64,000 bases of DNA, from NCBI GenBank assembly GCA_964622255.1, contig CAZUPK010000067.1, forward strand, positions 3,979 to 67,978. Reading direction: 5' to 3'. The position numbers and the translations under genes are program-made. Of this stretch, positions 57,181-64,000 are shown in pieces. The notes below the pieces were generated by a model. That model was given only the letters and a program-made list of their open reading frames with translations. It was not told the DNA's origin and did not search any database. This stretch comes from an uncultured Campylobacterales bacterium. GTDB lineage: Bacteria > Campylobacterota > Campylobacteria > Campylobacterales > QNZT01. Each line of letters begins with the position of its first letter. Positions within the stretch are counted from its first letter, which is position 1.

Positions 57181-58017
57181 CTATTTTGTGAAAACTTTTA
57201 TCTTTTGAACTATTTTTTCTATAATCCAATCAGGAGTAGAAGCACCCGCACCTATACCACAAAGCTTCTTACCTTCAAACCACTCTTTTTTAAGCTCGTC
57301 CTCATTTTCTATGTGATAGCTATCAGAACAAGAGAACTTTGATATGTTATAAAGCTCTTTTGTATTTGATGAGTTTTTACCACCTACTATGATCATAACA
57401 TCTGCCTCTTTAGAAAGCTCTCTAACTGCATCTTGATTTTCAAAAGTTGCATTGCAAATAGTATTAAAAACCCTTACCTCTTTAGTTCTTTCAACTAGAT
57501 AATTTATAACTTTTTGAAACTCAGCAAGTTTTTTTGTAGTCTGTGAAACTATCACTACTTTTCTTTTTATCTGTTTTTTTTCTAACTCTTCTATATTTGC
57601 AACTACTATAGCTTCACCTCTGCTATAACTTTTAACTCCCTTAACTTCTGGATGCTTTTGATCTCCAAAGATAACTATCTGATATCCCTCTTCACTCATT
57701 TTTCTTACTATGTTTTGAAGATTTGTAACATATGGACAAGTAGCATTTACTATCTCCACATCCATACTTTTTAAAATTTCTAAGTTTTTCTTTTCTATTC
57801 CATGTGTTCTTATGATAGCCTTTTTTGTAGGATATTTTTCAAATTCTTCAAAATCTTTTGTTGTTCCTACATTAAAATCTCTTTTTAGTCTGTTTATTTC
57901 CTCATTGTTATGTATAAGAGGTCCTATCGTTGTGGCATCTTTTAACTTTTCTGCCATTTTTATAGCCCTTTTGACACCAAAACAAAAACCATAACTCTTT
58001 GCTAACCTAATCTCCAC
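57181..58017 (-). CDS. ispH: 4-hydroxy-3-methylbut-2-enyl diphosphate reductase
   Basis: 278 aa. [26 protein letters not shown] (three Fe-S Cys), GGKNSSNT. Confidence 0.9.
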   Translation of the reverse strand: MEIRLAKSYGFCFGVKRAIKMAEKLKDATTIGPLIHNNEEINRLKRDFNVGTTKDFEEFEKYPTKKAIIRTHGIEKKNLEILKSMDVEIVNATCPYVTNLQNIVRKMSEEGYQIVIFGDQKHPEVKGVKSYSRGEAIVVANIEELEKKQIKRKVVIVSQTTKKLAEFQKVINYLVERTKEVRVFNTICNATFENQDAVRELSKEADVMIIVGGKNSSNTKELYNISKFSCSDSYHIENEDELKKEWFEGKKLCGIGAGASTPDWIIEKIVQKIKVFTK

Positions 58018-59296
58018 TTATCACCTCACAAAAATCTTTTAATATATCTGTAAAATTTGGAAATGATGTCTTTATACACTCAACATCTTCAACTTTCATA
58101 TCTGACAGGGTTCCTGCTATTAGAAAACTCATAGCGACTCTATGATCTCCAAAACTATCTATTGTAGCTTTTTTAAACTTTCCACCAACTATCTCATATC
58201 CATCATCTCTCTCTTTGACATCGATACCACAAAGTTTCAAATTATTTACAACGGAGCTTATCCTATCACTCTCTTTTACTCTAAGCTCTTTTGCATTTTT
58301 TACAACACTCTTTCCCTTAGCTACTGCCATAGCAATACTTAGTGGCGGAAGTTCATCTATAAGCCAAGAGACATTTTCACTTACTTCAACACCCTTTAGC
58401 TTATCTCCTGTTATTTTTATATCTCCTATAGGTTCATATCCGTTATCTTTTTCTATGAACTCTACTATAGCCCCCATTCTTTGTAAAACTTTGTAAGCTT
58501 CTACTCTTGTAGGATTTAGGGTTGTATTTTTTATAGTTATGGTTGAACCTTTATGAATAGAAGCTAAAACTCCAAAGAAAAAGCCACTTGATGGATCGCT
58601 TGGAACCTCTATGTTGAGAGGTTTTAAAGGCTTTACTAGAGGAGTTATCTTTATAAATTCTCCCTCTTTTTCTATATCTGCCCCCATACCTTTTAATATT
58701 TTCTCAGTGTGATCTCTACTTAACTCACTTTCTTTATAGTAAGAGTCTCCTTTTGCTCTTAAACCTGCAAGTATCATAGCACTCTTTATTTGAGCTGATG
58801 CGATAGGACTTTCATATCTAAAACCTTCAAGCTCTCCACCTCTTATAGACAAGGGTGAGAGATTGCCCTCCTCTCTTCCGTCTATCTTTGCTCCGATGCT
58901 TTTTAGAGGACCTGCTACTCTTTTCATAGGACGACGAGCAAGATATTCATCTCCATGTAAAACAAAAAATCCATCTAGTGAACTTAAAAATCCCATAAAA
59001 AGTCTCATAGCAGTTCCACTGTTTCCACAGTCTAAAACACAAGGAGGTTCAAGTAACTTTTTTGGTGGAGTTATCGTTACATCTTTTCCATCATTTTCTA
59101 TCTTTGCTCCAAGAAGTTTTACGATATTTAACGAGTTGAGAGTATCTTTGGCTTGAAGATAATTTTTTATATAAGAGGTTTTATCACTTAAGAGTGAAAA
59201 TATAGCACATCTATGAGATATAGACTTATCACTTGCAATAGAGTCTATATCCTTGTTAAAACTTTTTGTAACTTTTCTTACTTCAATAAAACTCAT
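58007..59296 (-). CDS. aroA: 3-phosphoshikimate 1-carboxyvinyltransferase (EPSP synthase)
   Basis: 429 aa. [37 protein letters not shown]. Confidence 0.9.
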   Translation of the reverse strand: MSFIEVRKVTKSFNKDIDSIASDKSISHRCAIFSLLSDKTSYIKNYLQAKDTLNSLNIVKLLGAKIENDGKDVTITPPKKLLEPPCVLDCGNSGTAMRLFMGFLSSLDGFFVLHGDEYLARRPMKRVAGPLKSIGAKIDGREEGNLSPLSIRGGELEGFRYESPIASAQIKSAMILAGLRAKGDSYYKESELSRDHTEKILKGMGADIEKEGEFIKITPLVKPLKPLNIEVPSDPSSGFFFGVLASIHKGSTITIKNTTLNPTRVEAYKVLQRMGAIVEFIEKDNGYEPIGDIKITGDKLKGVEVSENVSWLIDELPPLSIAMAVAKGKSVVKNAKELRVKESDRISSVVNNLKLCGIDVKERDDGYEIVGGKFKKATIDSFGDHRVAMSFLIAGTLSDMKVEDVECIKTSFPNFTDILKDFCEVISGD

Positions 59297-61611
59297 CTAA
59301 GCTCCAATCCAAGCTTAGATTTTAAAACTTCTACTATCTTATCCATACCACTTTTTATATCACTGTCTTCTAAAGTTTTATTCATATTTTGTAGAACAAA
59401 TCTTATGGTTATGCCTTTTTTATCCTCTAACTCTTCACCCTCATATATATCTATCACATAGTAGTTTTGCACAACTGATGGCAGATCCTTTCTCAAAGCC
59501 TCTTTTATTTCTTCAAACTTCATCTGTTTTGGAGCTAAAAATGAAAGATCCTTTTGTGATGTTTGAAACTTAGAATACTCTTTTACTTTTACTATCTCAT
59601 ACCTTAAAGCATCAAAATCAAGTTCACAGATATAAGTGGCTTTTAAGTCATACTCCTTTTCGACCTCTAAGTGAACTCTACCTACAAACCCCGCCTTTTT
59701 ACCTTTTATCTTAATAACTGCATATTCATAGGGATTAAAAAGTTTATTTTTAGGAGTTGTTGATACCAACTCACACTTTCCAACGATAGAAAAGAGATCA
59801 TCTACTATATCCTTGAAACTGCACTCACTTGTATCACTTTTGTATCCCTCTACATCTCTTTGTCCACTATAAATAAAGCTAAATTTCTCTATTTCATTTA
59901 ACTCTTTATCAACAACTCTTCCATTTTCAAAAAGTTTTATTCTTTTTCTTCCTGCTTTTGCATTTTTACTGGTAGCTCTTAGAAGATTTAGGCATAGTGT
60001 AGTTCTTAAGGTATTTAATTCATTTGTTATAGGGTTTATTATATCTTTTTTATCATCTATAATATTAAATCCCTTTGCTTTTAACTCCTCTTTGTTATCA
60101 AAAAAGTAACTTATACTCTCAAAATATCCTAAACCAACCGCTTTAGTTTTATAGTGTCTTCTCTTTTTAATATTTTGATAAACACTGTTTACTTTTGGTC
60201 TTTCATTAAAACATAGTGGCTTTGCTTTTATATTATCTATGCCTACTATTCTTACTATCTCCTCTATAACATCTTGAGGATTTTTTATATCACTTCTAAA
60301 AAGTGGAACTTTGATAACATAAAACTCACCTCTAAAATTAACCTCAAATCCCAACTTATCCAGAGTATTTACAACTTCGATACTTTTTATATGATTTCCG
60401 ATAAACTCATCTATAAAGCTACTTTCAACCTGTATAACCCTATCTTCAAAGTTATCTATAGTCTCTTCATAATCAGCATAAATCTTTGCATTATCATTTA
60501 TAAGTTGAGACACCTCTTTTAATCCAAACTCTAAGTCACCCTCACTTCCTCTACTACTTCTATAATATAACTCATCAGCTTCTATCTTAGTTTCATATTT
60601 TTTCAAAGATATATACTCCGAATCTATAAAACTAGCTCCCACTAAAACTCTTTTAGTATCTTTTGAGACCTTAAATTTTTCATTTTGGGTTAAACCTACT
60701 AAGCAAACTATATCTTTACCGTTATAAACTCTATCTATGCCATCACTTTCTTTTTTTAGTCTTAAAATAACTTTTGAATCTTTATCCTTTTCAAACTTAT
60801 CAAAATCATAAGCTCTTAAAATTACTCCACTATTTATAGTTGCATAAGTTAGTGCATTTTCTATATGAGTTTTCAACTCCTCTTCACACATATAGAGTCT
60901 AAAAGAAGTTAAAAAATCACACTTTACTCCTTTATTTTCAAAAAACATATATCTTAAAGCTGAATTTATACCACTATCGCTGTCAAGCTCTAAAACCCTT
61001 CCTATACCTATTCTATCTTCTACAAAAGTGTACTCTTTTTGTTTTAACTCTTTATTATATACAGCACTTAAATCTCTTGCAACTCCATATATACTTAAGC
61101 AATCACCTCTATTTGCAGTAAGTTCTATCCTTATGATAGTGTCATTTAAAAGTGGATATTCTCTAAGTTCCTTTCCAAGTTTAAGTTCTCCGATACTCTC
61201 ATCTAAAACCATTATGCCATCATTTGTTTTTATTAAACCTATCTCATTTGAAGAGCATATCATACCATAAGAGTCAACCCCTCTAAGCTTTGCCCCTTTT
61301 ATCTCAAAATCTTTTCCTAATTTTGTTCCAACAGTAGCAACCGCTACAAACTGATCCTTTGCAACATTTTTAGCTCCGCAGACTATTTGTAAAGTTTTAT
61401 CTCCTATATCCACTTGACAAATATTTAACCTATTGGCATTTGGATGTTTTTCACACTCCAAAACCTTTCCAACTACAACCTTTGGAGGAATCCTTTGTTT
61501 TGTAACACTATCTACTTCAAGTCCTATAGAATCTAACTTACTACAAATATCTTCAACACTCTTATCTCTTAAATCTATCCACTCATTTAACCACTCATAA
61601 GTAACTATCAT
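59293..61611 (-). CDS. pheT: phenylalanyl-tRNA synthetase beta subunit
   Basis: 772 aa. N-terminal tRNA-binding domain ([26 protein letters not shown]), B3/4, B5 and C-terminal anticodon-binding-like domains. Confidence 0.95.
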   Translation of the reverse strand: MIVTYEWLNEWIDLRDKSVEDICSKLDSIGLEVDSVTKQRIPPKVVVGKVLECEKHPNANRLNICQVDIGDKTLQIVCGAKNVAKDQFVAVATVGTKLGKDFEIKGAKLRGVDSYGMICSSNEIGLIKTNDGIMVLDESIGELKLGKELREYPLLNDTIIRIELTANRGDCLSIYGVARDLSAVYNKELKQKEYTFVEDRIGIGRVLELDSDSGINSALRYMFFENKGVKCDFLTSFRLYMCEEELKTHIENALTYATINSGVILRAYDFDKFEKDKDSKVILRLKKESDGIDRVYNGKDIVCLVGLTQNEKFKVSKDTKRVLVGASFIDSEYISLKKYETKIEADELYYRSSRGSEGDLEFGLKEVSQLINDNAKIYADYEETIDNFEDRVIQVESSFIDEFIGNHIKSIEVVNTLDKLGFEVNFRGEFYVIKVPLFRSDIKNPQDVIEEIVRIVGIDNIKAKPLCFNERPKVNSVYQNIKKRRHYKTKAVGLGYFESISYFFDNKEELKAKGFNIIDDKKDIINPITNELNTLRTTLCLNLLRATSKNAKAGRKRIKLFENGRVVDKELNEIEKFSFIYSGQRDVEGYKSDTSECSFKDIVDDLFSIVGKCELVSTTPKNKLFNPYEYAVIKIKGKKAGFVGRVHLEVEKEYDLKATYICELDFDALRYEIVKVKEYSKFQTSQKDLSFLAPKQMKFEEIKEALRKDLPSVVQNYYVIDIYEGEELEDKKGITIRFVLQNMNKTLEDSDIKSGMDKIVEVLKSKLGLELR

Positions 61612-62609
61612 CTAAACTGCTCCAACAATCTAATATCTCCTTCAAATAGGCTTCTTAAATCTCCTATTGTATGGATAAGCATAGCAAATCTTTCAATTCC
61701 AAGCCCAAATGCATATCCACTTACATCTTCATATCCTACTGCTTTAAAAACATTTTCATCCACCATACCCGCTCCTAAAACTTCGAGCCATCCTGTATAG
61801 GAACAAACTCTACACCCTTTTCTTTTACAAAAAATGCAACTTATATCAACTTCAGTGCTAGGCTCTGTAAAAGGAAAAAAACTAGGTCTAAATCTAACCT
61901 CAACATCTCCAAACATATACTTTAAAAAGTTTTCTAAAACAAATTTTAGATTTGCAAAGTTTACCTTACCTTTCTTACCTACAACAAGTCCTTCAACTTG
62001 ATGGAACATAGGAGTATGAGTTAAATCAAAATCTTTTCTAAAAACAGCCCCTGGACTTAACATCTTAAAAGGAGGTTTATTATTTTTATCTTCCATATAT
62101 CTTATTTGAACACTTGATGTATGAGTTCTTAAAAGTTTCCCCTCCCCTAAGAAAAATGTATCTTGCATCTCTCTTGCTGGATGATATATGGGAAGATTTA
62201 GTGCCTCAAAGTTATGAAAATCATCTTCGATATATCTGTCCTCTTCAACTTCAAAGTTTAAACTTACAAAGTAGTCTATGATTTTATCCATAGTATTCAT
62301 AACCGGGTGCAAAGCTCCACAGTTATCAAGTGAAGTAAAAGCAGATACATCAACAGCATTCTTTTTTAAACTCTCTTCTAAATGCTTTAGATAAAGCTCC
62401 TCTTTTTTAATTTCAAAAGTTTTATTTAAAGTGGCTTTTAGGATGTTTAAATTTTTTGCAAAATCCTTCTTTGCTTTATTTGGTATATCTTTTATCTTAG
62501 CAAACTCTACCGCTAAATAACCCTTTTTGCCAAAAATCTCTACCCTAACCTCTTCCAACTTTTTTAAATCGCAAGAGTTTAAAATCTTTTTTTCTAGCTT
62601 ATCTTTCAT
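61608..62609 (-). CDS. pheS: phenylalanyl-tRNA synthetase alpha subunit
   Basis: 333 aa. Class II motifs [52 protein letters not shown]. Confidence 0.95.
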   Translation of the reverse strand: MKDKLEKKILNSCDLKKLEEVRVEIFGKKGYLAVEFAKIKDIPNKAKKDFAKNLNILKATLNKTFEIKKEELYLKHLEESLKKNAVDVSAFTSLDNCGALHPVMNTMDKIIDYFVSLNFEVEEDRYIEDDFHNFEALNLPIYHPAREMQDTFFLGEGKLLRTHTSSVQIRYMEDKNNKPPFKMLSPGAVFRKDFDLTHTPMFHQVEGLVVGKKGKVNFANLKFVLENFLKYMFGDVEVRFRPSFFPFTEPSTEVDISCIFCKRKGCRVCSYTGWLEVLGAGMVDENVFKAVGYEDVSGYAFGLGIERFAMLIHTIGDLRSLFEGDIRLLEQFR

Positions 62610-62686
62610 ACAAACACTTTCCTGTTAAAAATTTTATTTATTTTATTGTAAAATTCATTAGAAGAGACTGATTAAGAGAGATTGAA

Positions 62687-62738
62687 GGGGGGGGAGAGAC
62701 TAAGTTATTTTTTTTAGTTTCTTAATCTCTTTTTTTTT
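62687..62738 (+). other. G8 homopolymer followed by a terminator-like hairpin and T8 in the pheS-hit divergent spacer
   Basis: GGGGGGGG 62687-62694. AGAGACTAAG (62695-62704) pairs with CTTAATCTCT (62721-62730) at 9 of 10 bp, 16-nt loop, then TTTTTTTT 62731-62738. Confidence 0.35.
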
Positions 62739-62769
62739 AATCTTATTTTATTAAAAAAAGGATGTTGAT

Positions 62770-63108
62770 ATGTGTTTGTTTTGTAAGATAGTAAAAAGAG
62801 AGATACCGGCAAATGTTGAGCTTGAAAATGAAGAGTTTTTAGCTTTTCACGATATAAATCCGATAGCTCCTATACATCTACTTATTATACCCAAAAAACA
62901 TGTAGATAGTTTTCAAGAGATAGAACCTGAAACTATGGCAGAGATGACTACCTTTATACAAGAGTTAGCTAAGAAAATGGGACTCGATAAAGATGGTTAT
63001 AGGCTATTGACAAACATAGGAAAAAACGGAGGACAAGAGATAAAGCATCTTCACTTTCACTTGGTAGGAGGAACAAGATGTAAACTGCCAATCGCTAAAA
63101 ACGACTAG
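62770..63108 (+). CDS. HIT-family (histidine triad) nucleotide hydrolase
   Basis: 112 aa. MCLFCKIV, AFHDINP.APIHLLIIPKKH, HLHFHLVGG (HxHxHxx). Confidence 0.85.
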   Translation: MCLFCKIVKREIPANVELENEEFLAFHDINPIAPIHLLIIPKKHVDSFQEIEPETMAEMTTFIQELAKKMGLDKDGYRLLTNIGKNGGQEIKHLHFHLVGGTRCKLPIAKND

Positions 63109-63221
63109 GCTTCCTGCTCCGATAATGCCCACGAGGATTTTACAGAGGTCGAATTCCAACTCCTTATTCTCGTGGGTCTTACTTATCATCTCCCACTCAT
63201 TATCTACACTTTGGCAAATGA

Positions 63222-64000
63222 TATGACCTATTAAGATGTATATTTTCCGACTTTGAAAAAATTCCATCAAAATTGGCTAGTTCAGATGGATATATTATTC
63301 TTAAAAAAATATGGAGTAGATATGAACTTGATGAATTTTTTAAAACTATTTTAGAAAAAAAGCTATTGTAAGAAGTTATGATATTTTAAAAACTATTTTT
63401 ACATTAGTAATCAATAGAGCTTTAAAATCTGAATTGTCAAAGTTAGCTTATTTTAATAATAAGGATTATTTTATAGGTTTAAATGAAGAGCTTAAACTAC
63501 ATCATATATATGATTCATTAGAGGTATTAGAAGAGATAAAAGAAGAGTTAGAAGATTTTTTATTGAAAAAATCATTAAATTTATTGAATAGAGATTTAAC
63601 AGTAGCATTTTTCGATGTAACAACCATATATTTCGAGAGTAAAAGAGAAGATGTTGACGAGATAATTGGGTATAAAGATATACTAAAATCTTTAAAATAT
63701 ACAGATAAAAAACCTACAAATTATAGATTGGATGTTATAAAAATAGATAACTTGCAAACAATGCTTATAAAAGAGAAAAAAGTAACAATAAAAGGCTTGA
63801 GAAAGTTTGGATTATCTAAAGATTTTAAAATAAATGAAACACAAATTGTATTATCTTTATTGATTGATAAAGATGGTATTCCCATAACATTTGAGATATA
63901 TGAGGGCAATAGAGCTGAAACAACTACCTTGATTGACACTCTTGATAAATTAAAAAAAAGATTTGATTTGAAAAAGATTACTATTGTGGCTGATAGAGGG
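63222..64000 (+). pseudogene. IS1634/IS4-like DDE transposase, N-terminally truncated and frameshifted; continues beyond the right edge
   Basis: Own translation. Frame A: ..SKLASSDGYIILKKIWSRYELDEFFKTILEKK, stops after the A-run at 63354-63362. Frame B continues: AIVRSYDILKTIFTLVINRALKSELSKLAYF...LHHIYDSLEVLEEIKEEL...RDLTVAFFDVTTIYFES...GLSKDFKINETQIVLSLLIDKDGIPITFEIYEGNRAETTTLIDTLDKLKKRFDLKKITIVADRG. No start codon upstream. Confidence 0.65.

Noticed and set aside
63004-63270. Track ORF 63004..63270(-), 88 aa, and a T-loop-like GGTCGAATTCC at about 63149-63159.
   Set aside because: The ORF overlaps the 3' 105 nt of the well-supported hit gene and matches no family I recognise. The T-loop-like string has no flanking T-stem or acceptor stem, so it is not a tRNA or tmRNA end.
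1-64000. Searched by eye for CRISPR arrays, tandem direct-repeat arrays, rRNA, reverse transcriptases (retron, DGR, group II intron), toxin-antitoxin pairs, restriction-modification systems or other defence cassettes.
   Set aside because: None found. The recurring motifs (the 16-mer ATGGGNAGTATGTCAR and the GAAATTTGGCT tips) are dispersed single copies tens of kb apart, not arrays. All multi-gene blocks of unknown function are small and look envelope-related.

Overview
This is a low-GC window (about 30% by eye) from a Campylobacterota/epsilonproteobacterial-type chromosome. Almost all of it is core housekeeping: valS (partial), trmA, kdsA, der, aroK, an MsbA-like ABC exporter, purL, metY-metX, mutS2, a tolC-adaptor-RND efflux operon, rpsU, htpX, nrdD/nrdG, rpoD, a second orphan RND pump, lepB-folD, hemL, purD, lptD, pnp, atpE, one tRNA-Leu(GAG), serA, rpsA-ispH-aroA-pheT-pheS and a HIT protein. 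I saw no rRNA, CRISPR array, intact transposase, or recognisable defence, toxin or prophage module. Mobile DNA is present only as debris: two IS3 orfB relics, one IS200/IS605 TnpB C-terminal relic, several orphan TnpB-tail/right-end-like segments that share a 16-nt terminal motif, a 126-bp inverted-repeat miniature element with partial copies, and a truncated, frameshifted IS1634-like transposase at the right edge. I found no convincing complete novel multi-gene system. The best candidates for a second look are: (1) a class III ribonucleotide reductase whose glycyl-radical tail is a separate 54-aa cistron; (2) a metY-metX operon that runs by 4-nt overlaps into a 32-aa mini-ORF, a cysteine-free nitrilase-fold protein and a ThiF-like E1; (3) a bactofilin / 2-TM protein / bactofilin operon; (4) a GC-enriched structured element upstream of purD, possibly 6S RNA; (5) a nested-hairpin element between kdsA and der. 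All functional calls come from reading the translations and motifs by eye; no database search was run.
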